This document shows positions 56,509 through 64,000 of a stretch of 64,000 nt of DNA, in pieces. The DNA is from Alphaproteobacteria bacterium (GTDB lineage: Bacteria > Pseudomonadota > Alphaproteobacteria > Caulobacterales > Aquidulcibacteraceae). Each line of letters opens with the position of its first letter. Within the stretch, counting starts at the first letter, position 1. The DNA lies in contig WGOB01000012.1 of assembly GCA_016124255.1 (NCBI GenBank), forward strand, positions 54,682-118,681, read 5' to 3'. The position numbers were made by a program, and so were the translations under genes. The notes under the pieces were generated by a model that was not told the DNA's origin, searched no databases, and saw only the letters and a program-made list of their open reading frames with translations.

Positions 56509-57843
56509 TTAGCCGTTCATGCTCTGGAAGAATTCGTCGTTGTTCTTGGTGGAGCGCAGCTTGTCCAAGAGGAACTCGATGGCGTCCGTGGTGCCCATGG
56601 GCGCCAGGATGCGGCGGAGCACGTACATCTTCTGCAGATGCTCCTTCGGCGTGATGAGCTCTTCTTTCCGGGTGCCGGATTCCAGGATGTCCATCGCCGG
56701 GAAGGTGCGCTTGTCGGCGACCTTGCGGTCGAGGACGATTTCCGAGTTCCCGGTGCCCTTGAACTCTTCGAAGATGACTTCGTCCATCCGCGAACCGGTG
56801 TCGATGAGCGCGGTGGAGATGATCGTGAGCGAGCCGCCGCCTTCGATGTTGCGGGCGGCGCCGAAGAAGCGCTTGGGGCGCTGGAGCGCGTTGGCGTCGA
56901 CGCCGCCGGTGAGCACCTTGCCGGAAGAGGGGACGACGGTGTTGTAGGCGCGGCCGAGGCGGGTGATGTTGTCGAGCAGGATGACGACATCGTGGCCGTG
57001 CTCGACCAGACGCTTGGCTTTCTCGATCACCATTTCCGCAACGGAGACGTGCCGCGTGGCGGGCTCGTCGAAGGTGGAGGCCACGACCTCGCCCTTCACC
57101 GTGCGCTGCATGTCGGTGACTTCTTCCGGGCGCTCGTCGATCAGGAGAACGATGAGGTAGATTTCCGGGTGGTTGTTGGCGATCGCCTTGGCGATGTTCT
57201 GCAACAGGATCGTTTTGCCGACGCGCGGGGGCGCCACGATGAGGCAGCGCTGGCCCTTGCCGATGGGGGCGACGATGTCGATGACGCGGCCGGAGCGATC
57301 TTTGATCGTCGGATCATCCATCTCCATCTTGATGCGGCTGTCGGGATAGAGCGGCGTCAGGTTGTCGAAATGAACCTTGTGGCGGACGCGCTCCGGGTCC
57401 TCGAAATTGATCGCATTGACCTTGGTGAGGGCGAAATAGCGCTCGCCATCTTTGGGCGCGCGGATCTGGCCGTCCACCGTGTCGCCGGTGCGGAGGCCGA
57501 ATTTCCGGATCTGCTGGGGCGAGACGTAGATGTCGTCCGGACCCGGAAGATAATTGGATTGCGGGCTGCGGAGGAAACCGAAGCCGTCGGACAGAATCTC
57601 GATCACGCCGCCGCCGCCGATGTCGACGCCGCGTTCGGCCAGCTCCTTCAGGATGGCGAACATCATGTCCTGCGTGCGCAGGTTGTTGGCGTTCTCGACC
57701 TCCAGGCTCTCGGCCATCTCGAGCAGCTCAGCCGGGGGCTTGCGCTTCAGTTCCTGGAGGGTGAGCGAGGTGAGGCCCTCGGGCGGCGCAGGCGGCGCGT
57801 CTTCAATGTCGAGGGTGGTTTCCGGGCGGATATCGTCTGGCAT
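56509..57843 (-). CDS. rho: Transcription termination factor Rho
   Basis: [26 protein letters not shown], and [23 protein letters not shown]. Preceded by an about 230-nt leader. Confidence 0.97.
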   Translation of the reverse strand: MPDDIRPETTLDIEDAPPAPPEGLTSLTLQELKRKPPAELLEMAESLEVENANNLRTQDMMFAILKELAERGVDIGGGGVIEILSDGFGFLRSPQSNYLPGPDDIYVSPQQIRKFGLRTGDTVDGQIRAPKDGERYFALTKVNAINFEDPERVRHKVHFDNLTPLYPDSRIKMEMDDPTIKDRSGRVIDIVAPIGKGQRCLIVAPPRVGKTILLQNIAKAIANNHPEIYLIVLLIDERPEEVTDMQRTVKGEVVASTFDEPATRHVSVAEMVIEKAKRLVEHGHDVVILLDNITRLGRAYNTVVPSSGKVLTGGVDANALQRPKRFFGAARNIEGGGSLTIISTALIDTGSRMDEVIFEEFKGTGNSEIVLDRKVADKRTFPAMDILESGTRKEELITPKEHLQKMYVLRRILAPMGTTDAIEFLLDKLRSTKNNDEFFQSMNG

Positions 57844-58074
57844 GGATGAGCCTTAGGGCGTCGGGGCGCGGTTTGAGGCGCGGGCCGGACGCTGCAGTGG
57901 ATGAGATGTCGGCGGTGAGGAGGGTGCTTGCGCGCCGCCGGCGCGTGCACGGGACCGACCCCAATCGGCGTCCGCGCGAAGCAATCGGATGCTGATATAA
58001 GAGCCGCCCGGCGTCAAGCCAAGGTTCAGCGATCCTTCTGGAGGAAATCCGTTGCCGATCCGTTGCCGGCGCGC

Positions 58075-58512
58075 TCAGCCGACCCAGGGCTCAAGCACGG
58101 CCAGAAGCACGATGGCGATCGCAAGAACGATCGGAATCTCGCCGGTCATGCGCCAGAACTTGGCGCTGCGGCGGCGCTCGCCCCTGGCGAGGCGCTTTCC
58201 CTCCGCGAGGCAGAGCCCGTGATAGCCGGCGAGGCAGAGCGCCAGGAGGACCTTCAAGCCGAGCCAGATCGGGGGGGCGCCCGACGGGACGCGCTGAACG
58301 TAGAGGAGCAGCCCAAAGGCGAAGGCCAGAACCAACGCCGGCGCGAGGATCAGCACGCGCAGGCGGCGCGCGGCCTCAATCATCTTCTTTTCCAGCTCGC
58401 CGCCGGGCTCGCTCTCATATTGGTAGGCGTAGAGGCGCGGGAGCATCAGCAGGCCCGCCATCCAGGCGATGACGGCGATGATGTGCAGCGCACGGATCAG
58501 TTCGAAACTCAT
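58075..58512 (-). CDS. hemJ: Protoporphyrinogen IX oxidase HemJ (UPF0093/CopD-like)
   Basis: MSFELIRALHIIAVIAWMAGLLMLPRLY. ATGA overlap with the hemH stop. Confidence 0.8.
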   Translation of the reverse strand: MSFELIRALHIIAVIAWMAGLLMLPRLYAYQYESEPGGELEKKMIEAARRLRVLILAPALVLAFAFGLLLYVQRVPSGAPPIWLGLKVLLALCLAGYHGLCLAEGKRLARGERRRSAKFWRMTGEIPIVLAIAIVLLAVLEPWVG

Positions 58513-59534
58513 GCCGCATCCATAGGGCAAAGCCGGCGACCGGCGGAACAGAGGCGATCGCCGGTTTCGGAGAAGGACCCGAACGGGCGCTCCAGAGCTG
58601 CGGCGACGAGATCGGCCAACGCGTCGATGAAGCTCGCGCGGGCGCCGAGCGCGGGGGCGCGCAGATAAAAGGGCAGGGGCGCTGCGCGTTCGGCGTAATC
58701 GATGTCGAGCTCGACCAGCGTCTCGATGTGCTCGGACACGAAGGCGATCGGCGAGACAATCACGCCGCGGCGGTCAGCGATGGCGCGATCGATCTCTTCC
58801 TCCGTGGACGGACCAATCCAGGCGAGCGGGCCGACGCGGGACTGATAGCAGATCGCGTGCTCCCAGTCGGCGGGGAGGCGCGCACGGACGGCGGCGACCG
58901 TCATCTCGACATGCTCCTGGTAGGGATCGCCGGCTTCGATGGCGCGCTCAGGCAGGCCGTGGGCCGAGAAGAGCACGCGCGGCGCCGGCGGCGACCCTGC
59001 GGCGCGCCAGGTCTCGAAGATGGCTTCGGCATGGGCGGCGACGAATTTCTCTGACGCCGGCCAGCAGCAGAGCGCGCGGGCGGGCAGTGTGGAGCGGCGG
59101 CGCCATTCGGCGAACGAGGACGCGGTCGTCGATTGCGAGAATTGCGGATAGAGCGGCAGGAGCAGCGCTTCGGTCGCGCCCCAGGCGGCGGCGTCCTCTA
59201 CGGTGGTGCGGGTGAACGGGCGCCAATGGCGCATGGCGATGAAGCATTTCGCCTCGACTGCGCCGCGCGCGGCGAGCGCCGCGTCCAGCGCCGCGGCCTG
59301 CTTCTGCGTTTCCTCCAGCAGCGGCGAACGGCCGCCCATCTTGGCGTAATTCTCTTGCGCTGCCTTGTTGCGCAGCGTGGAGATCAGGGCGGCGAGGGGC
59401 GTGCGGACGAGCCCAGGCGCTGCGATGATGTCGGGATCATTGAACAGGTTGAAGAGGAACGGCCGCACCGCCTTCAGCGAATCCGGGCCGCCGAGATTGA
59501 AGAGAATGATGGCGACCTTTCGCGCGACCATCAT
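58509..59534 (-). CDS. hemH: Ferrochelatase
   Basis: VAIILFNLGGPD, LLPLYPQFS, FSAHGLPE, and SEHIETLVELD. Confidence 0.95.
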   Translation of the reverse strand: MMVARKVAIILFNLGGPDSLKAVRPFLFNLFNDPDIIAAPGLVRTPLAALISTLRNKAAQENYAKMGGRSPLLEETQKQAAALDAALAARGAVEAKCFIAMRHWRPFTRTTVEDAAAWGATEALLLPLYPQFSQSTTASSFAEWRRRSTLPARALCCWPASEKFVAAHAEAIFETWRAAGSPPAPRVLFSAHGLPERAIEAGDPYQEHVEMTVAAVRARLPADWEHAICYQSRVGPLAWIGPSTEEEIDRAIADRRGVIVSPIAFVSEHIETLVELDIDYAERAAPLPFYLRAPALGARASFIDALADLVAAALERPFGSFSETGDRLCSAGRRLCPMDAA

Positions 59535-59634
59535 GCGCCGCCCGTGAAGGCGTCCGCGCCGATGCGATCGCGGGCGCCAGCGTGCGTGGGCCCCGGGCTC
59601 GCAGCGCTGCTGCGACCCGGGGATGGGTGGAGGA

Positions 59635-60708
59635 TCATGCGCCGCTCTTCACGATCTCGATGAGGCGGGCGACGTTTTCGGGCTTGGCGTCGGGCGTGAT
59701 GCCGTGACCCAGATTGAAGATGTGGGGGCCGCCGGCGAAGTCGGCGAGGACTTTGGCGGCGCCCGCTTCGAGATCGGCGCCGCCTTCGACCATGGCGCGG
59801 GGATCAAGATTGCCCTGCAGCGCGATCGGGCGATTGATCCGTGCACGGATGTCCGTCGCGCTGGCGCTGGTATCGAGGCCGATCGCGGCGACGCCGGTCG
59901 CGGCGGCGTAGCGGGCGATCTGGGCCGGCGCAGCGGCGCGCGGAAAGCCGATCACCGGCGCGGTCGCGCCGTGTGCGCGCAGCCGGGTGATGAGATGGAC
60001 GGTCGGCGCGATGACCAGCCGATCGAATTGATTGTCGGTCAGGTTTTCCGCCCAGGATTCGAACACCTGAACGCAATCGGCGCCGGCCTTCAGTTGCGCC
60101 GCCAGGTGCTGCGCCGTGGCCTCGGCGAGGCGGAGGAGGAGGGCGTCGACATCGTCGGCGCGCGCATCGGCGCAGGCGAGGGCGCGATCCTTGGGGCCGC
60201 CTTCGCCTTGCAGCATGTAGGTGGCGACAGTCCACGGCCCCCCGGCAAATCCGATGAGAGTCTTTGCGTCCGCGAGCTCCGACCGCACGCGCTCGACGGT
60301 CTCATAGACCGGAGCAAGGCGATGGACCGCGCGCTCAGGCTCATCGAACCGCCAGCGGGCCTCAGCGATCAGTGGATCGAGTCGCGGGCCTTCGCCATCG
60401 ACAAACCAAACTTTCCGGCCGAGCGCGTCGGGGATGGTCAGGATGTCGGAGAACAGGATCGCGGCGTCGAGGTCGAACCGGCGCAGCGGCTGCAGCGTGG
60501 CCTCCACCGCGAGCGCCGGGGCATAGCAGAATTCCAGGAAGCTCTTGGCCCGCGTGCGCAGCTCCCGGTACTCGGGCAGGTACCGTCCAGCCTGGCGCAT
60601 GATCCAGATGGGCGCTGGCGTCACCTGTTCGCCGGCAAGGACGCGCAACAGGGCTTTATTCGCCCCAGGCGTCCCTCCATTTCTTTTCTCTTTCTGATCA
60701 GAAGTCAT
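59635..60708 (-). CDS. hemE: Uroporphyrinogen decarboxylase
   Basis: PIWIMRQAGRYLPEYR, ILFSDIL, and IFNLGHGI. Start trimmed to the ATG at 60708 (the ORF extends to 60771). Confidence 0.93.
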   Translation of the reverse strand: MTSDQKEKRNGGTPGANKALLRVLAGEQVTPAPIWIMRQAGRYLPEYRELRTRAKSFLEFCYAPALAVEATLQPLRRFDLDAAILFSDILTIPDALGRKVWFVDGEGPRLDPLIAEARWRFDEPERAVHRLAPVYETVERVRSELADAKTLIGFAGGPWTVATYMLQGEGGPKDRALACADARADDVDALLLRLAEATAQHLAAQLKAGADCVQVFESWAENLTDNQFDRLVIAPTVHLITRLRAHGATAPVIGFPRAAAPAQIARYAAATGVAAIGLDTSASATDIRARINRPIALQGNLDPRAMVEGGADLEAGAAKVLADFAGGPHIFNLGHGITPDAKPENVARLIEIVKSGA

Positions 60709-61020
60709 GAGGAGGTCTTTGTAGTGGGCGGGTGAAGTTCGGGAAATGCGACGTATCCCCCGATCGCTCACAGGTTACGCGCGTCAGCCGGGGCGAGATC
60801 AGGCCGGCGGGGAGCCGGCCGGCGCGAGTCGTCCCCAGTCTTGTGATTCCGTCATGGGCGATCGGAGGGGTGTTGAAAAGCGTTGAGCAAAAGCCGGAAG
60901 GAAAACGAAGAAACGGCGCGGGCCGAAACGCGGGCGCGCATTTCCCCGCTGGACAGGCCGTTCTCGGCCGTTCTTAAACAGGTTATCCAGGGCGGGCGAC
61001 GCTGCTGGCGAAAAGGCGCG
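60709..61020. other. Predicted chromosomal replication origin (oriC) region
   Basis: hemE-DUF299 intergenic position, as in Caulobacter crescentus Cori. Degenerate DnaA-box-like motifs are TTATCCAGG (60983-60991), GTATCCCCC (60753-60761) and ATTTCCCCG (60940-60948). There is a purine/AT-richer tract at 60875-60915. Conserved genes diverge from this point. Confidence 0.45.
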
Positions 61021-61914
61021 ATGACGGATTTTCCTGTCGAAAGACCATCCCCCGAGAACGGGGCCGGCGCAGGCGACGCCGCGCGGCCGGGCAAGCCGGG
61101 CGTCTATTTCAACGTCCACCTGGTGTCGGATTCGACGGGCGAGACGCTGGCCGGCGTGGTGCGGGCGTCGTGCGCGCAGTTCGACAATATCCTGCCGATC
61201 GAACACACCTATTTCCTGGTGCGTTCGGGCCGGCAGATGGACCGGGTGCTCGCCGAAATCGAGGAGGCGCCGGGCGTGGTGATGTTCACGCTCTCGAATG
61301 TGGCGCAGCGGGAGCGGCTGGAAGAATTCTGCAAGACGCGCGGCATCCCGCACGTCGCGGTGCTCGATTCGGCGCTCGACATGATGAGTCGCTATCTGGG
61401 GCTTGACCTCAATCACCGCGTCGGCGCGGGGCGGATCCTGTCGGCGGAATATTTCCGGCGGATCGATGCGTTGAATTTCGCCGCCAGCCACGATGACGGC
61501 CAGCAGGTGGTTGAGCTTCGGGACGCCGATGTGATCCTGGTCGGGGTGTCGCGGACCTCGAAGACGCCGACGAGCGTCTATCTCGCGAATCGCGGGGTGA
61601 AGGCGGCGAACGTGCCGATCGTGCCGCATATCCCGCTGCCGCAGGCGCTGTTCGAGCTGGAGGACACGCTGATCGTGGGGCTGACGATCAGCGCGGACCG
61701 GCTCGTCGGGGTGCGGCGGAACCGGCTGAAGGCGATGAACGAGGCGCGCGAGACGTCTTACGTGGACGAAGAGGCGGTGCGCTCCGAAATCGTGCACGCC
61801 ACGCGGACGTTCGAGCGGCATGGCTGGCCGGTGATCGACGTGTCGCGGCGGTCGGTTGAGGAAACGGCGGCGGCGATCCTCAATCTGATCGCGGAGCGGC
61901 GGTCCGGCGAATGA
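61021..61914 (+). CDS. Pyruvate,phosphate dikinase / PEP synthase regulatory protein (DUF299 kinase/pyrophosphorylase)
   Basis: HLVSDSTGETL, and ILVGVSRTSKTPTSVYLA. Trimmed to the ATG at 61021. Confidence 0.9.
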   Translation: MTDFPVERPSPENGAGAGDAARPGKPGVYFNVHLVSDSTGETLAGVVRASCAQFDNILPIEHTYFLVRSGRQMDRVLAEIEEAPGVVMFTLSNVAQRERLEEFCKTRGIPHVAVLDSALDMMSRYLGLDLNHRVGAGRILSAEYFRRIDALNFAASHDDGQQVVELRDADVILVGVSRTSKTPTSVYLANRGVKAANVPIVPHIPLPQALFELEDTLIVGLTISADRLVGVRRNRLKAMNEARETSYVDEEAVRSEIVHATRTFERHGWPVIDVSRRSVEETAAAILNLIAERRSGE

Positions 61915-62504
61915 CGAGCCTTGTCCTGGCGTCGGCCAGCGCGATCCGGGCGAGCCTGTTGCGTGGGGCGGGCGTGGCGTTCGAGATCGACCCTGCCAAC
62001 ATCGACGAAGATGAGGTGAAGCGGTCGATGCGCGCGGCGGGGGCCTCGCCGCGGGAGCAGGCGGACGCGCTGGCGGCGCTCAAGGCCGCGCATGTCTCGC
62101 GACGGCGGCCGGGATTGGTGCTGGGCGCGGACCAGATGCTGGCGATCGAGGGCGAGACGCTCGACAAGCCTGCGGATCGGGCCGCGGCGCGCGCGCATCT
62201 GCACCGGCTGCGCGGGCGGACGCACCAGCTGATGTGCGCGGCGGCCATCGCGGCGGAGGGCGCGGTCGTGTGGCGGTTCGTGGCGACGCCGACGCTCCGC
62301 ATGCGGATGTTTTCCGATGAATTCATGGAGGATTATCTGGACCGGGTCGGCGAGGCGGCGCTGAAATCGGTGGGGGCCTATCAGCTGGAGGGCCTCGGCG
62401 CGCAGCTGTTCGAGCAGGTGGACGGAGATTATTTCTCGGTGCTGGGGCTGCCGCTCCTGCCGCTGCTCGCGTTCCTGCGGGAGTACGGGGTCGTGCCGGC
62501 ATGA
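61911..62504 (+). CDS. maf: Maf-like nucleoside-triphosphate pyrophosphatase
   Basis: LVLASASAIRASLL, GADQ, and GAYQLEGLG. Confidence 0.9.
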   Translation: MTSLVLASASAIRASLLRGAGVAFEIDPANIDEDEVKRSMRAAGASPREQADALAALKAAHVSRRRPGLVLGADQMLAIEGETLDKPADRAAARAHLHRLRGRTHQLMCAAAIAAEGAVVWRFVATPTLRMRMFSDEFMEDYLDRVGEAALKSVGAYQLEGLGAQLFEQVDGDYFSVLGLPLLPLLAFLREYGVVPA

Positions 62505-63328
62505 CGATCAGCGCACGGACGAAACTCATCGCGCTCTTTGGTGATCCGGTGTCGCACTCGCTGTCGCCCGCGCTGCACAATTCCTGGATCGCGGCGATGG
62601 GGCTCGACGCGGCCTATGTCGCGGTGCGGATCGCGGAGACGGACGCGGATGCGGCGTTCGCGTCGCTCAAGGCCTTCGGGTTTCATGGCGCCAACGTGAC
62701 CGTGCCGCACAAGGCGCGGGCGGCGGCGGCGGCGCAGCGGCCGGCGCCGGCGGCGGCGGCGCTCGGCGCGGCGAACACGCTGCTCTGGGAGGAGGGCGGC
62801 GTCGCTGCGTTCAACACCGACGCGCAGGGCGCGGTCGATGCGCTCGACGCCGGGGCGCCGGGTTGGCGCGCACAAACCAAGAGGGCGCTGGTCATCGGCG
62901 CCGGCGGCGCTGGCAGGGCGGTCACGTGGGGACTGCGCCAGGCGGGGGTTGGGCGGATCGACGTCATCAACCGCACGCCGGAACGGGCGGCGGCGACGCC
63001 GGACGTTTTCGTCCATCCCTGGGAGGCGATGGAGGCGGCGTTTTCCGAAGCGGACCTGATCGTTCAGACGACGACGCTCGGCATGGAGGGGCAACCGCCG
63101 GGCGACTGGCCAATGGGGGCGGCGCGGGCGTCCGCGATCGTGATGGACGCGGTCTATGCGCCGCTGGAGACACCGTTTCTGAAAACGGCGCGGGGGCGGG
63201 GGCTGACGGCCGTCGACGGGCTCGGCATGTTGCTGTTCCAGGCGGCGCGGGCGTTCGAGATCTGGTTCGGCGCGACGCCCGATATCGCGTTGGGCCGGAA
63301 GGTTTTGGAAAGGTCCGCAGGCGGATGA
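62501..63328 (+). CDS. aroE: Shikimate dehydrogenase
   Basis: [26 protein letters not shown], and [10 protein letters not shown]. Confidence 0.93.
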   Translation: MTISARTKLIALFGDPVSHSLSPALHNSWIAAMGLDAAYVAVRIAETDADAAFASLKAFGFHGANVTVPHKARAAAAAQRPAPAAAALGAANTLLWEEGGVAAFNTDAQGAVDALDAGAPGWRAQTKRALVIGAGGAGRAVTWGLRQAGVGRIDVINRTPERAAATPDVFVHPWEAMEAAFSEADLIVQTTTLGMEGQPPGDWPMGAARASAIVMDAVYAPLETPFLKTARGRGLTAVDGLGMLLFQAARAFEIWFGATPDIALGRKVLERSAGG

Positions 63329-63954
63329 TCCGGCCCGTGACTCCGGACGAAGACGCGTCGATGATTCTCCTTGGGCTGACCGGCTCGATCGGGATGGGCA
63401 AGAGCGCCACCGCGCAGATGTTCGCGGAGGCCGGCGCGCCGGTCTATGATGCTGATGCAGCTGTGCATCAGCTCTACGCGCCAGGCGGCGCCGCGGTCGG
63501 CCCGGTCGGGGAGGCGTTTCCCGGCGTCGTGAAGGACGGGGCGATCGATCGCGAGGCGCTCTCGCGCGCGGTGCTCCACAACGCCGCGGCGATGAAGCGG
63601 CTGGAGGGCATCGTGCATCCCTTGGTGCGCGCGGCGCAGGAGCGGTTCCTGCAGGATCAGCGGCGGGCGGGCGCGCCGGTGGTGGTGCTCGATATTCCGC
63701 TGCTGTTCGAGGGCGGGGGCGAGCGGTTCCTGGATGCCGTGATCGTCGTGAGCGCGCCGGCGGCGGCGCAACGGGCGCGGGTGCTGCGCCGCCCGGGCAT
63801 GACGGAAGAGAAGTTCGAAGCGATCCTCGCCAAGCAGATGGCGGATGCCGAGAAGCGCAAGCGGGCCGATTTTGTCATCAATACAGGGCTTGGCTTCGAA
63901 GAAGCGCGCGCGCAGGTCCAGCAGGTGCTGGACGCGGTGCTCGAACCGGCTTAG
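63325..63954 (+). CDS. coaE: Dephospho-CoA kinase
   Basis: [13 protein letters not shown]-loop. ATGA overlap with aroE at 63325 (alternative start at 63361). Confidence 0.9.
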   Translation: MIRPVTPDEDASMILLGLTGSIGMGKSATAQMFAEAGAPVYDADAAVHQLYAPGGAAVGPVGEAFPGVVKDGAIDREALSRAVLHNAAAMKRLEGIVHPLVRAAQERFLQDQRRAGAPVVVLDIPLLFEGGGERFLDAVIVVSAPAAAQRARVLRRPGMTEEKFEAILAKQMADAEKRKRADFVINTGLGFEEARAQVQQVLDAVLEPA

Positions 63955-63965
63955 CGGCGATCGGC

Positions 63966-64000
63966 ATGCGCGAGGTGGTGTTCGATACGGAAACGACGGG
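63966..64000 (+). CDS. dnaQ: DNA polymerase III epsilon subunit (3'-5' exonuclease), first 11 codons only
   Basis: MREVVFDTETTG is the Exo I motif. coaE-dnaQ synteny. Truncated by the window end. Confidence 0.7.
   Translation, partial: MREVVFDTETT

Noticed and set aside
60974-60988. CtrA binding site TTAA-N7-TTAA in the putative origin
   Set aside because: Only the first half matches (TTAA-ACAGGTT-ATCC), and no full site occurs in the intergenic region.

Overview
High-GC chromosomal segment, by gene content and synteny an alphaproteobacterium, and very likely origin-proximal. No composition statistics were computed; all GC statements are by eye. Conserved blocks, left to right:
- Minus strand: rimP-nusA-(asd)-ylxR-infB-(lipoprotein)-rbfA-truB-rpsO-pnp.
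- trmB, an aldehyde dehydrogenase, a PLP transsulfuration-family enzyme, a Pif1/RecD-like helicase and a patatin.
- A visibly AT-richer two-gene module next to tRNA-Gly(GCC).
- A housekeeping stretch: ProX/YbaK, thioredoxin-TPR, LON-N, Trm112, UbiH-like, Amt, ftsK-lolA, xthA, an OmpR-type response regulator, yggS and leuS-lptE-holA.
- The origin-region cluster parB-parA-rsmG-mnmG-mnmE-rho-hemJ-hemH-hemE on the minus strand, facing ppsR(DUF299)-maf-aroE-coaE-dnaQ on the plus strand.

No rRNA, CRISPR array, integrase or transposase was recognised.

Main observations:
1. A membrane-anchored ParA-class ATPase plus an unknown partner lie at the tRNA-Gly locus. This is the best candidate for an undescribed accessory system.
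2. A promoter-to-terminator candidate sRNA carries three C-rich (anti-Shine-Dalgarno-like) hairpin loops.
3. A ~100-bp palindromic REP/MITE-like repeat family has four intergenic copies and one copy translated in frame inside mnmG.
4. A cluster of asymmetric parS-like sites (GTTTCACGTGAATCA) surrounds mnmE and mnmG.
5. The predicted oriC lies in the hemE-DUF299 intergenic region.
6. asd is inserted in the nusA-infB operon, and the downstream ylxR-like gene lacks a canonical start codon upstream of its conserved Cys motif.

Many long ORFs in the track are antisense shadows typical of high-GC DNA and were rejected.
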